A stretch of DNA of 64,000 bases, taken from positions 17,445 to 81,444 of the forward strand of contig CAYXGZ010000006.1 in NCBI GenBank assembly GCA_964464755.1. The letters run 5' to 3'. The stretch is from an uncultured Planctomycetales bacterium. Its GTDB lineage: Bacteria; Planctomycetota; MHYJ01; JACPRB01. Within the stretch, counting starts at the first letter, position 1, and each line of letters starts with the position of its first letter. The notes under the pieces are model-generated. The model worked only from the letters and a program-made list of their open reading frames with translations, was not told the origin of the DNA and ran no database searches. Positions 10,109-20,000 of this stretch are shown piece after piece. The position numbers were made by a program, and so were the translations under genes.

Positions 10109-10130
10109 GGAGCCCTCCCGTGAGGCGGGG

Positions 10131-10159
10131 ATTATAGCCGCGTCCCCGCGGGAGGTCAT
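10131..10159 (-). promoter_or_regulatory. sigma70-type promoter ATGACC-17 nt-TATAAT upstream of kbl
   Basis: On the minus strand, TATAAT occupies 10136-10131 and the -35-like ATGACC occupies 10159-10154. A GGGAGG SD and the ATG at 10108 follow. Confidence 0.45.
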
Positions 10160-10178
10160 GGATTCCGCCGGCCCCGGC

Positions 10179-11849
10179 CTACTTGTTGAAGAGGAACTCG
10201 CTGGAGTTCAGCAGGACCCAGAACGCGTCCTCGGCGCCCGACGGCCCCTTCGCGCAGACCGCCGAGAAGCGCGAGAGCTCCGAGGAGGTCGGCGGCCGCG
10301 TGAGCACGGCGAGGAACATCGCGCGCACCTGGTCCGACGGGTTCTTGTGCGTCGAGACGATGGACTGGAGCCGCCCGCCGCCGCCCCGGGCCGTCGCGAT
10401 CGTCGCGCGCTGGATCGCGGGGCTGTTCATCATCACGAGCGCCCCGGGGATCGTGCCCTGGAACTCCAGGATCTCCGAGCCCTCGTCGTCCCCGAAGGCG
10501 TAGCGGAAGTCCCGGAAGGCCTGCAGCAGGTCCCGGCCCCGCATCACGGAGCCCGGGTCGCCCCCGGTGGTGGCGGCCGTCACGAGGGAGTTCATGATCT
10601 GCTCGGGCGTCAGGCCGCGGACCGCGGCGACCGCGTAGTACTTCTCCGCCTGCGGGGCCTTCGCCCGCGCCCGGGAACTGAGCTGGTACGTGTCCGAGAG
10701 CGCGAGCTCCTTGAGCAGCCACTTCACGTCGTGGCCGTGCGCCACGAAGTCCCGGGCCAGCTCCGCGAGCAGCTCGGGGTGGCTCGGGGCGTTGCGCGAG
10801 TCGAAGCCGTCGATCGGGTTCACGAGGCCCCGACCGAAGAGGTGGCCCCAGTAGCGGTTCACGGCCGCCTTGGCGAATTGCGCGGTCTCCGGCGAGGTGA
10901 GCAGGCGCGCGTACGCGGCCCTCGGCTCCTCCTTGGGCTCCGGCCCGGCCTTGCTCCAGAGGAACGAGGGCTTGATCGGGCCCTTCTTGCTGTCCGGGAT
11001 CACGAGGCCGCCGCCGAAGCGGCCGCGCACGGGCCGGTCGTCGACGGTGAACGTGTAGTCCTTCTCGTCGCCCATGTTCTTCCGGCGCACGGAGAGCTGC
11101 GAGAAGAACGCGGCCATCCCGTAGAAGTCCTCCTGCGTCCAGGCGTCGAAGGGGTGGTCGTGGCACTGCGCGCACTGGATCTGCGTGCCGAGGAACACGC
11201 GGGTCAGCTTGCCCGCGACGGCCTGGGGCAGCTCGCGCTGGGCCTGGCGCTGGAGGCGCACGTAGAAGGCCGTGAGCAGGTTCTCCTCGGGGTCCGGCTC
11301 GGCGGCCTCGTCCTTCTTCTTCCCGCCCATCATCCCCCGGGCGAGCCCGCGCGGGTCGGGCATCACGCCCTTCGCCGCGATCACCTGGCGGACGAACTCG
11401 TCGTACGGGAGGTTCTTCTCGAGCAGCGGGCGCAGCGCCCGGTTCATGACGAGGCGGGCCGAGGCGACCTGGTTGTCGTCCTCGTGGCCGACGAGCGAGC
11501 CGGCCCACGTGGTCGCCCAGTGCTCGGCGTACTTCTCGGAGGCGAGGAGGGAGTCGACGAGCTTCTCGCGCTTGTCGGAGGCCCCGGACTCGAGGAAGGC
11601 CTTCGCGTCCTCGAGCGAGGGGATGCTGCCGACGAGGTCGAGGCTGACCCGGCGCAGGAACTCCGCGTCCTCGCTGCGCGACGAGGGGCTCAGCTCCTTC
11701 TCGGACCACTTCGCGCGGACGTGGTGGTCGACCAGCTTCCGGCCCGAGAGTCCGGCGGGGCCGCTCGGCGGGGCGGGAGGATCCTGAGCGAGGACCGCGG
11801 CGGACCCGAGCAGCAGGAGGGCGGCGGAGCTCAGCAGGCGCATGGTCAC
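10179..11849 (-). CDS. DUF1549/DUF1553 (PSCyt2/PSD1-type) domain protein
   Basis: Signal peptide. [10 protein letters not shown] motif. Architecture matches the paralogue at 18353-19942. Confidence 0.85.
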   Translation of the reverse strand: MTMRLLSSAALLLLGSAAVLAQDPPAPPSGPAGLSGRKLVDHHVRAKWSEKELSPSSRSEDAEFLRRVSLDLVGSIPSLEDAKAFLESGASDKREKLVDSLLASEKYAEHWATTWAGSLVGHEDDNQVASARLVMNRALRPLLEKNLPYDEFVRQVIAAKGVMPDPRGLARGMMGGKKKDEAAEPDPEENLLTAFYVRLQRQAQRELPQAVAGKLTRVFLGTQIQCAQCHDHPFDAWTQEDFYGMAAFFSQLSVRRKNMGDEKDYTFTVDDRPVRGRFGGGLVIPDSKKGPIKPSFLWSKAGPEPKEEPRAAYARLLTSPETAQFAKAAVNRYWGHLFGRGLVNPIDGFDSRNAPSHPELLAELARDFVAHGHDVKWLLKELALSDTYQLSSRARAKAPQAEKYYAVAAVRGLTPEQIMNSLVTAATTGGDPGSVMRGRDLLQAFRDFRYAFGDDEGSEILEFQGTIPGALVMMNSPAIQRATIATARGGGGRLQSIVSTHKNPSDQVRAMFLAVLTRPPTSSELSRFSAVCAKGPSGAEDAFWVLLNSSEFLFNK

Positions 11850-11925
11850 TCCCTTGGGGTTCGGCTACCGGGTATGAACCCGAGGGGGATGCGCGAAGTT
11901 GCGGGGAATCCGGAGGATTCCCCGA

Positions 11926-14655
11926 TCAGCGGTACTTCTCGATGATCGACCGGATGTAGGCGGACTCCGGATGCCCCTTGCGGATCGCCATCTCGAAATC
12001 GGAGAGCGCCTCGGGGATCTTCTGCTGCTTGATGCGCACCGCGCCCCGGTTGTACCAGACGGCCGGCATCGTGTCGTTCATGCCCAGCGCCAGGGTCAGG
12101 GCCACCTCCGCCTCCGCGTCCTTCCCCACCTGCGCGAGCATCGCGCCCTTGAGCTGGAGGCTGAAGAAGTGGTTCGGGATCAGCTTCTCGGCCGCCTCGA
12201 GGTCGGCGAGCGCCTCCTCGAAGCGGCGCACCCGGCCCAGCGCGCTGGCCCGGTTGACCCGGGCCATGAAGGACCCGGGCCAGATCTCGATCGCCTTCGT
12301 GAAGAGCTGGATGGAGCGCTGGAAGTCCTCGGGCTTCCCCGTCTCGTCCACGACGTTCGCCAGGACGACGTAGGCCAGCCAGCTGCGGCGGTCGATCTTC
12401 AGGGCCGCCTCGAGGTTCTGGATCGCGTCCTCCCTCCGGCGGAGGAGGCGGTACATGTGGCCCTTCATCGCGAGCACTTCGGGGAAATTCACCCGCAGCG
12501 CCAGGGCCTTGTCCCAGCACGCCAGCGCGGCCTTGAAGGTCGGGGCGCTCTCGAGGTCGAAGCGCGCGTACTCGTCGACCCGGACCGAGTAGAAGTGCGC
12601 GTCGCCGCAGAGCCGCCAGAGCTCCTCGTTCGTGTCGTCCTTGTCCAGGACCCCCTTGGCGGCGGCGACGGCCCCGACGTAGTCCCCCGCGCTGTAGCGC
12701 AGGTGGGCGAGGTAGACGGCGTCCTGCCCCTCGCGGGCCGACTTCGCGGCCGCCGAGAAGTCCTCCTCCGCGCCCTTCTTCAACGCCTCCATCTCGTTCG
12801 CCCGGGTCCCGGAGAGCCCCTGGGCCCCGCCCCCGTCCGTCATCATGTCCGAGTAGCGCGTGATCCGGAGGCGGCCCCGGGCCGCGAGGGCGGCCGTGTG
12901 GCCCGGCATGAGCTCGATCGCCTTCCCGTAGTCGGCCTCGGCCTTGTCGCGGTCGAGGCGGAACTGGTGGATGCGGCCGCGGTAGTAGTACGCCTCGCCG
13001 AGGTCCGGCGCGTCCTTGATCGCGCGGTCGACGTGCTCCAGCGCCGCGGTGCAACGCTGGCGGCTCAGCTCGAGGTCCGCGGACGGGCGGTAGAGGTCCC
13101 GCTCGGCCTGCTCGAGGATCTCCTTCGCCTTGGCGAGCTCCGGGGCCGCGGACTGCGCCCGCCGCAGCTTCGCCTCCTCCTCCTTGCGCTTGCGCTCCAG
13201 CTCCTCCTTCTGGCGGAGCTGCTCCAGGGCGAGCGCGTCGATGATCTTGCGGCACTCCTGGATCCGCTTCGGGATCCTCGAGTCGCCGGGGTCGAGCGCC
13301 ATGGCCTGGTTGTAGGCCTCCAGCGCGTCCGGGTAGCGCTTCGCCTGGAAGAGCGCGTCGGCCTTCAGCACGGCCTGCTGCGCGTGGCCCGATCGGTTCG
13401 ACGACGTCGCGGCGAAGTACGCCACGGCGAGGATCCCGACGAGCACCAGGGCCGCCAGCGGCGCGAGCGCGCGGTTGCGGCGGAAGCGCTTCGTGAAGCC
13501 CGTCCAGAAGGTCGGCGGCTGGGCGTGGACCGGCTCCCCCTTCAGGAAGCGGTCGAGGTCCTCCGCGAGCTCCCGCGCCGACGCGTACCGGGCCGCCGGG
13601 TCCTTTTCGAGGCACTTCAGGATCACCAGTTCCAGCCCGCGGGGCACGGCCCGGTTGATCGACGAGGGCGGGGCCGCGTCCTTGTTGACGACGTGCATGA
13701 TGGTCTGAAGCGGCGTCGACCCGGAGAACGGCGGGCGGCCGGTCACGAACTCGTACAGCGTCGCGCCCAGCGAGTAGATGTCCGACTTCGCCGTGAGCGG
13801 CTTCGACTGGGCCTGCTCGGGCGACATGAAGCTCGGGGTCCCGAGCGCCACGCCCGTGCGCGTCAGGTCGCTCTGGTTCTTCTGGCGGGCGATGCCGAAG
13901 TCCATGACGAAGACCTCGCCCTTCCCGTCGACCATGAGGTTCGAGGGCTTCACGTCGCGGTGGACGATGCCCTTGAGGTGCGCCTGGTGCAGGGCGAGGG
14001 CCGCGATGCGCGCGACCTCGACCGAGCGCTCGATCGTCATCTTGAGGTCGCTGGCGTTCTTGCCCTCGATGAACTGCATCACGAGGTACGGCCGCCCCTC
14101 CTCCTCGCCGAGGTCGTACATCGCCGTGATGTTCGGGTGCATGAGCGACCCGGCCGTCTGCGCCTCGCGGAGGAAGCGCTGGATGTCCTGGGGCGACGAG
14201 TCGCCGGTCAGCATCTTCACGGCGACCGCGCGGTTGAGGACCGTGTCCCAGGCCTTGTAGACCGCGCCCATGCCGCCGCGGCCGACGATCTTGAGGAGCA
14301 CGTACTTCCCGAGGCGCTTCTTGGGGTCCAGCGCGGCCTTCGCGACCTCGGCCGGCGCCTGCCCGGGATTCTCGAACGTGGAGGTCTTGCCCACCGTCGA
14401 GGACGCCGCCGTCGCCGGGGTGGTCCGCGACCGGATCACTTCCTCGAGCGCCTCCATGGTGACGTAGCCCCGGCGCATGAGGATCTCGCCGAGGCGCAGG
14501 GGGCGGCCCTGGGAATCCTGCGGGTTGCCCGCGCGGATCTTGAGGCACTCCTTGACCTGCTCCGGCGTGACGTATTTCTTCTCGATGAGCAGCTTGCCGA
14601 AGAGGAGATCCTCCTCGCGGCTGCCTTTCGCGTCCGACGCCGGTTGCTCGCCCAT
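11926..14655 (-). CDS. Ser/Thr protein kinase with N-terminal MshEN/T2SSE_N-like repeats, one TM segment and C-terminal TPR array
   Basis: Kinase motifs GRGGMGAVYKA, HRDVKPSNLMV, DFGIAR and SPEQ. A hydrophobic segment LAPLAALVLVGILAVAYF follows. The C-terminal half is long TPR-like repeats. Confidence 0.9.
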   Translation of the reverse strand: MGEQPASDAKGSREEDLLFGKLLIEKKYVTPEQVKECLKIRAGNPQDSQGRPLRLGEILMRRGYVTMEALEEVIRSRTTPATAASSTVGKTSTFENPGQAPAEVAKAALDPKKRLGKYVLLKIVGRGGMGAVYKAWDTVLNRAVAVKMLTGDSSPQDIQRFLREAQTAGSLMHPNITAMYDLGEEEGRPYLVMQFIEGKNASDLKMTIERSVEVARIAALALHQAHLKGIVHRDVKPSNLMVDGKGEVFVMDFGIARQKNQSDLTRTGVALGTPSFMSPEQAQSKPLTAKSDIYSLGATLYEFVTGRPPFSGSTPLQTIMHVVNKDAAPPSSINRAVPRGLELVILKCLEKDPAARYASARELAEDLDRFLKGEPVHAQPPTFWTGFTKRFRRNRALAPLAALVLVGILAVAYFAATSSNRSGHAQQAVLKADALFQAKRYPDALEAYNQAMALDPGDSRIPKRIQECRKIIDALALEQLRQKEELERKRKEEEAKLRRAQSAAPELAKAKEILEQAERDLYRPSADLELSRQRCTAALEHVDRAIKDAPDLGEAYYYRGRIHQFRLDRDKAEADYGKAIELMPGHTAALAARGRLRITRYSDMMTDGGGAQGLSGTRANEMEALKKGAEEDFSAAAKSAREGQDAVYLAHLRYSAGDYVGAVAAAKGVLDKDDTNEELWRLCGDAHFYSVRVDEYARFDLESAPTFKAALACWDKALALRVNFPEVLAMKGHMYRLLRRREDAIQNLEAALKIDRRSWLAYVVLANVVDETGKPEDFQRSIQLFTKAIEIWPGSFMARVNRASALGRVRRFEEALADLEAAEKLIPNHFFSLQLKGAMLAQVGKDAEAEVALTLALGMNDTMPAVWYNRGAVRIKQQKIPEALSDFEMAIRKGHPESAYIRSIIEKYR

Positions 14656-14723
14656 CCTGTATGCCTACTCCCTAGGACGCAACGGGACCCGGTCCGACAT
14701 CCGAATCCCGCGGAAATTATCGG

Positions 14724-15461
14724 CTATTCCCGCCCGTGGCGGCAGATCCCCCGCTTGGAGGGGGTCGCGACGAAATCGACCAGGCGGGCCACCTCGAGCA
14801 CCCCGGCGAACTCCGCCCGGACCTTCTCGATCGCCGCCTCCCGTTTCATCGGCAGCCGGAACAGGATGCGGTAGGCGTCCCAGAGCGCGTCCACCGTCGC
14901 GGCGGGGACGCCCCGGCGCGAGACGCCGACCGCGTTGAGGCCGACGAGCCGGGCCCGGTACCCCGCGGCGATGCAGTACGGGGGCACGTCCTGCGAGACG
15001 CCCGAGCCGCCGGCGACCATCGCCATCGTCCCGATGCGCGCGAACTGGTGCACGCCGCACTGGCCGCCGAGCAGCGCGTAGTCCCCCACCGCGCAATGTC
15101 CCGCGAGCAGCGCGCCGTTCGTCAGCGTGACGCCCGCGCCGATGTCGCAGTCGTGGCCCGCGTGGCTGTCGCTCATGAAGTAGCAGTCGGGCCCGACCCG
15201 GGTCCGCCCCGTGCCGATCTTCGTGCCGCGGTTCAGCGTCGCCCCCTCGCGGAGGACGCAGCGGGGGCCGATCTCGAGCGTCGTGCCCTCGCCCGAGTCC
15301 TTGACGTGCTGGGGCGCGCCGCCGAGCGAGACGAAGGAGTGGACCCGGCAGCCCTCGCCGAGCGTGACGCCCGCGTGCACCACGGCGAACGCGGCGATCT
15401 CGACCCCCGCGCCGACGACGGCGCCGGGATCGACGAGGGCCTGCGGGTGGATGCGGGTCAC
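14724..15461 (-). CDS. lpxA: acyl-ACP--UDP-N-acetylglucosamine O-acyltransferase
   Basis: Left-handed beta-helix hexapeptide repeats from the N-terminus (IHPQALVDPGAVVGAGVEIAAFAVVHAGVTLGEGCRV...). LpxA-type length and C-terminal helical domain. GTG start. Confidence 0.85.
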   Translation of the reverse strand: MTRIHPQALVDPGAVVGAGVEIAAFAVVHAGVTLGEGCRVHSFVSLGGAPQHVKDSGEGTTLEIGPRCVLREGATLNRGTKIGTGRTRVGPDCYFMSDSHAGHDCDIGAGVTLTNGALLAGHCAVGDYALLGGQCGVHQFARIGTMAMVAGGSGVSQDVPPYCIAAGYRARLVGLNAVGVSRRGVPAATVDALWDAYRILFRLPMKREAAIEKVRAEFAGVLEVARLVDFVATPSKRGICRHGRE

Positions 15462-15500
15462 CGGGGCGAATCTAAACCTTGGTAAGCAACCTGTAAACCC

Positions 15501-18188
15501 CTACCGCACGACCATCCCCACGGCGACGAGCCGGCCGTCCCGGCCCGCGAAGACGAGCTCCGAGACGCCGTCCCGGCCCAGGTCCGCGGCCAGCGGGGCC
15601 GCCGAGGGCGCGTCGCCGCCGAGGTACCACCAGCGCAGGCGGCCGTCCGCCTCGAGCACCGAGAGCTTGCGGTCGTCCGAGGCGACGGCGATGTCGAGCT
15701 TCCCGTCGCCGTCGAAGTCGCCCCACGAGGCCCGGTGGCGGATCGACTGGTCCGCGCGGTGTCTCCAGCGCTCCTCGCCCGACTCGGGATCGAGCGCCAC
15801 GAGCAGCCCCTCCTCCGTCGACACGAGGACCAGCGGCCCCGTCGCGACCTCCGTCGGGATCGCGCCGAGCGTCCGCGTCCAACGCCGCTCGCCGGAGCGC
15901 AGCGACCAGCACGACGCCTCGCCGCCCCCGGCGACGAGGAGCGCGTCGGAGCGCTCGTCCACGGTCCAGGCCGCCACGGGCGTCGGCAGGTCGAAGGCCC
16001 GCGTCGACTTCCCGTCGGTCACCACGACGCGCCGGCCCTCGGTGACCGCGACCGTCGAACCCTTCCAGGCGGCGGGCGGCCCCATGGGACGCGCGCCGAG
16101 ATCCACGGACCACGACTCGGCGGGCTTCAGCGCGAGCAGGTCACGGCCCGAATAGGCCTTGAGCGTGCCGTCCCAGGAGGCGACGACGGGATCCGGGATG
16201 CGATCGCCGTTGAAGTCCATGGGAGTCGCCCGCACGAGGCTCCGGGTGCCGGTGTCCATGTAATACCGCGCCGCGCCGTCGCGGCCCCGGAGACACAGGA
16301 AGCCCGCCGCGCCGACGCCCACGAGCAGGTCCGGCTTCCCGTCGCCGTCCGCATCGAAGACGACGGGCTGGCCGGGACCGAACTTCTTCGTCTCGTGCGT
16401 CCACAGGGCCCGGCCGTCCCGGCCGGAATGCGCGACGACCTTGCCGTCCTTGAAGCCGGCGACCACGTCGGGCACGCCGTCCTCGTCCAGGTCCGCGAGC
16501 ACGGGCTCGGTGTAGACCGGCTCCCCGCCCCGGGTGCGCCACACGAGCGCGTCCGCCAGGTCGACCCGCTCCCGGACGTCGAGGCGGTCGTCCACCCGGA
16601 ATTCGCGCCGCGCGAGCCGGTGCTGGGGACGGAAGAACTCCGCCCGGTATACCCCCTCGGAGACCCCGAGCAGCTCCACGGGCGACTGGAGCACGAGCTT
16701 CTGCGGCCCGTCGAGCCGGACCTCGCAGAGCGACGGCGAGGTCTGCAGGCTCATGCGTCCCGAGCGCGCCTCGAGCCGCTCGAGGCGGACCAGCTCGCCT
16801 CCGGCGGCGATCTCGACGGGCAGCTGCACGGGCCGGTACCCCGGCTTCGTGATGCGGAGCTCGTGCCGGCCCCGGGAGAGCGCGATCCGGGTGAGCGGCG
16901 TGACGCCCTCGGCGCGGACGCCGTCGATCCAGACCTCGGCCCCCGGCGGCTCCGTGCCCAGCGTCAGCTGCCCGGGCCTCCAGGCGAGGAAGACGCCGAA
17001 CGCGAGCAGGAGGCAGCCCGAGGCCAGTAGCGCGGAGCCGAGCGCCGGGCGGCGGCGGATCCACGACCGCGCGACGCGCCAGGGCGAGGGCCCCTTCGCG
17101 GTCACGGGCTGGCCCATCAGGTAGCGCTCGAGGTCGCGCGCGAAATCGGCGGCCGTCGGGTAGCGGTCGGACTTCTCCTTGGACATCGCCTTGAGCACGA
17201 TGCGCTCGAGGGGCTTGTCGATCGTCGGGTCGATCTTCCGCGGCGGCGTCGGGTCGTCCTCGATCACCTTGCGGAGCACGACGGCGGCCGTCGCCTCCAT
17301 GAACGGGAGCTGCAGCGTCACGGCGTGGTAGAGGACGGCGCCGAGCGCGTACACGTCGGAGCGCGCGTCGAGGTCCTTGATGTGCCCGCGGGCCTGCTCG
17401 GGCGGCATGTAGTACGGCGTGCCCATCGCGGTGCCCGTCGAGGTGAGGAACGTGATCGACTCGACCTCCTTCGCGAGGCCGAAGTCCATCAGGTGCGGCT
17501 CGTCCTGGGCGTCCACGACGATGTTCGCGGGCTTGAGGTCGCGGTGGATGATCCCCGCCCGGTGCGCGGCGTGCACGGCCTCGGCGACGCGGACCAGCAC
17601 GCGGACCTTCGCGTCGCGCGAGAGGCGCGGCGGGCGGTTCGCGTCGATCGTCCCGGCGAACTCGTCGACGAGCAGCTCGTCGAAGCTGCGCCCCTCGACG
17701 TACTCCATGGTGAAGTACGGCACGCCCTCGTGGATGCCGGCCTCGAAGATCTGCACGAGGTTGGGGTGGCGCACGCGGGCGGCGAGCTTCGACTCGCGCT
17801 GGAAGCGATGCAGGTCCTCCTCGGTGGCGATGTAGCGGTCGCTGAGGATCTTCAGCGCCACGACCCGGTCGAGCGACGTGTCGAGCACCTTGTAGACGGC
17901 GCCCATGCCGCCGCGGCCGATCTCCGAGAGGATCTCGTAGCGGCCGAAGGTGCGGCCCACGGCCAGGCCGGGGCGAGTGGCGGGCTCGAGGTCGGCGGTG
18001 GCCCCGACCTGCTGCAGCAGTTCCTGCACCTGCGCCGTCGTGGCGAGGCCCCGGAGCAGGAGCACCTGCCACAGGTTCATCGGCGGCGTGGACGTCTTCG
18101 CGGCGTGGAGGCACTCGTCGACCTCCCGGTCGGTGACGAGGCCCCGCGACACGGCGAGGCGGCCCAGTTCGAATTCCACTTCGGCCAT
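15501..18188 (-). CDS. Ser/Thr protein kinase with N-terminal MshEN-like repeats, TM segment, PEGA-like domain and FG-GAP/PQQ-like beta-propeller
   Basis: Kinase motifs GRGGMGAVYKV, HRDLKPANIVV, DFGLAK and PPEQ. Repeated DxDxDG motifs (DLDEDGVPD, DADGDGKPD, DFNGDRIPD, DFDGDGKLD, DLGRDGVSE). Confidence 0.9.
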   Translation of the reverse strand: MAEVEFELGRLAVSRGLVTDREVDECLHAAKTSTPPMNLWQVLLLRGLATTAQVQELLQQVGATADLEPATRPGLAVGRTFGRYEILSEIGRGGMGAVYKVLDTSLDRVVALKILSDRYIATEEDLHRFQRESKLAARVRHPNLVQIFEAGIHEGVPYFTMEYVEGRSFDELLVDEFAGTIDANRPPRLSRDAKVRVLVRVAEAVHAAHRAGIIHRDLKPANIVVDAQDEPHLMDFGLAKEVESITFLTSTGTAMGTPYYMPPEQARGHIKDLDARSDVYALGAVLYHAVTLQLPFMEATAAVVLRKVIEDDPTPPRKIDPTIDKPLERIVLKAMSKEKSDRYPTAADFARDLERYLMGQPVTAKGPSPWRVARSWIRRRPALGSALLASGCLLLAFGVFLAWRPGQLTLGTEPPGAEVWIDGVRAEGVTPLTRIALSRGRHELRITKPGYRPVQLPVEIAAGGELVRLERLEARSGRMSLQTSPSLCEVRLDGPQKLVLQSPVELLGVSEGVYRAEFFRPQHRLARREFRVDDRLDVRERVDLADALVWRTRGGEPVYTEPVLADLDEDGVPDVVAGFKDGKVVAHSGRDGRALWTHETKKFGPGQPVVFDADGDGKPDLLVGVGAAGFLCLRGRDGAARYYMDTGTRSLVRATPMDFNGDRIPDPVVASWDGTLKAYSGRDLLALKPAESWSVDLGARPMGPPAAWKGSTVAVTEGRRVVVTDGKSTRAFDLPTPVAAWTVDERSDALLVAGGGEASCWSLRSGERRWTRTLGAIPTEVATGPLVLVSTEEGLLVALDPESGEERWRHRADQSIRHRASWGDFDGDGKLDIAVASDDRKLSVLEADGRLRWWYLGGDAPSAAPLAADLGRDGVSELVFAGRDGRLVAVGMVVR

Positions 18189-18352
18189 GCGGACTCCGGG
18201 CGGTCCCCCAGATCCTGACGCGAAGGGAACGGGACGGACGGCGTGCCCGCTTCCCCTCTCTCTCCCCGAACCCTGCGGCCGGCGAAACCCCGGCCGCCCG
18301 ACCCACGTAGTTATATACTGGAGCGGGTCCCCGATTCCAGAGCGAGGTTGAG

Positions 18353-19942
18353 ATGCCGGTCGCGTTCCGCCTGCTGCCCGCCCTGCTCCTGTTCCCCCTC
18401 CTCGCCGGCGCCCAGGACGGCCCGCCCGCCCCGGCGCCCGTCGACGCCACCGAGCTCATCGACCGACGCCTCCAGGCCGAGTGGAAGAAGAACGGCTGGA
18501 TCGCCGCGAAGCCCGCCGACGACGCGGAGTTCCTCCGCCGCGTCCACCTCGACCTGCTCGGCGTCATCCCGCCCATCGACCTCGTCTCGCGCTTCCTCGC
18601 CGACAGGACGCCGGGCAAGCGCTCGAAGCTCGTCGCGGAGCTCCTCGACTCCGAGCGCTACGCCGAGAACTGGGCCGAGCTCTGGGAGGCCCTGCTCATC
18701 GGCTACGACGGCGCCGTGAAGAACGACTCGGGCGACTCGCTGCTGGCCTGGCTGCGCGACGAGGTCTTCTCGAAAAACCTCCCGTACGACGAGATGTTCC
18801 GCCGCCTGATCATGGCCAAGGGCAGCAACCGCGAGAACGGGCCCACGGTCTTCCTCTGGAAGCAGCTGCGCGCCGGCACCGGCGCCGTGGACGTGGCGAC
18901 GAAGGTCTCGCGGCTCTTCCTCGGCACCCAGATCCAGTGCGCCCAGTGCCACGACCACCCCTTCGACAAGTGGACGCAGGACGACTTCTACGGCGTCGCG
19001 GCCTTCTTCGCCCGGGTCCGCCAGCGCAAGGTCCGGCCCGACGACCCCCGCGACCAGGAGTTCGAGATCGTCGAGGACCGCCGCGGCGAGGCGGCCTACG
19101 GCGACGGCAAGGCCCGCAAGGTCGTCCCGCCCAAGTTCCTCGACGGCGGGGCCCCCGGCCCCTTCGAGGAGCGCCGCGTCGCCTTCGCGCGCATCGTGGC
19201 CCGCCCCGGCAACGCGCTCTTCGCCAAGGCGGCCGTGAACCGCGCCTGGGCCCATTTCTTCGGCCGCGGGATCATCCACCCCGTCGAGGAGATCAACGAC
19301 CGCAACCGACCCTCGCACCCGGAGCTGCTCGAGGAGCTCGCCGCCGAGTTCGCCGCGCGCCGCTACGACCTCAAGTGGCTCATGCGCTCGATCGTCGAGA
19401 CGAAGGCGTACCAGCTCTCGAGCCGCCGGCCCTCGGGCCGCGAGGCCCCGCCCGCCAAGTCGCACGCCCGGGCCCTCGTCCGCCCGCTCTCGCCCGAGGA
19501 GCTGCTCAACTCGATCATCGAGGCCACGGGCTCCGAGGAGCGCCTGCGGATGCAGGCGAAGCGCGCGGGCGGCAACCTGAACGTCGCGAACTTCAAGCGC
19601 GAGATGCTGCGCCAGTTCCGCTTCACGTTCGGCGACGACGAGGACGTCGAGAAGACGGACTTCGAGGGCACGATCCCCCAGGCCCTGATGATGATGAACA
19701 GCGAGCTGCTGAACCGGGGCATCGTGGAGCGCGACCTGCGGCTCGACCAGGTCCTGAGGACCCGCCAGGCGCCCGCGGAGCGCATCGACGCGATCTTCCT
19801 CGCGATCCTCTCGCGGCACCCCACCCCGCGGGAGTACGCCCGCTACGGCGGCCACGTCCAGGAGTCCAAGGACGAGCGCCGGCCGTACGAGGACCTCTTC
19901 TGGACCCTGCTGAACTCCTCGGAGTTCATGTTCTCGCATTAA
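18353..19942 (+). CDS. DUF1549/DUF1553 (PSCyt2/PSD1-type) domain protein
   Basis: Signal peptide and [10 protein letters not shown] motif. Followed by a DUF1501 gene, the canonical planctomycete pair. Confidence 0.85.
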   Translation: MPVAFRLLPALLLFPLLAGAQDGPPAPAPVDATELIDRRLQAEWKKNGWIAAKPADDAEFLRRVHLDLLGVIPPIDLVSRFLADRTPGKRSKLVAELLDSERYAENWAELWEALLIGYDGAVKNDSGDSLLAWLRDEVFSKNLPYDEMFRRLIMAKGSNRENGPTVFLWKQLRAGTGAVDVATKVSRLFLGTQIQCAQCHDHPFDKWTQDDFYGVAAFFARVRQRKVRPDDPRDQEFEIVEDRRGEAAYGDGKARKVVPPKFLDGGAPGPFEERRVAFARIVARPGNALFAKAAVNRAWAHFFGRGIIHPVEEINDRNRPSHPELLEELAAEFAARRYDLKWLMRSIVETKAYQLSSRRPSGREAPPAKSHARALVRPLSPEELLNSIIEATGSEERLRMQAKRAGGNLNVANFKREMLRQFRFTFGDDEDVEKTDFEGTIPQALMMMNSELLNRGIVERDLRLDQVLRTRQAPAERIDAIFLAILSRHPTPREYARYGGHVQESKDERRPYEDLFWTLLNSSEFMFSH

Positions 19943-20000
19943 CCGCGCAACTTTCCCCGGGGCGCGGGGTTTTCCGAATATCCAGCGATACGAGGACCGA

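Noticed and set aside
7148-10123. 991-aa ORF on the plus strand spanning the M16 peptidase and kbl genes. Similar giants lie at 11899-14874, 36337-40236, 36426-40124, 39989-43096, 29131-31605, 13-1839 and 287-2185.
   Set aside because: The translations are monotonous Arg/Gly/Pro/Ala/Asp/Leu low-complexity sequence. They lie antisense or out of frame to ORFs with clear family motifs. These are the classic shadow ORFs of roughly 70% GC DNA, where stop codons are rare.
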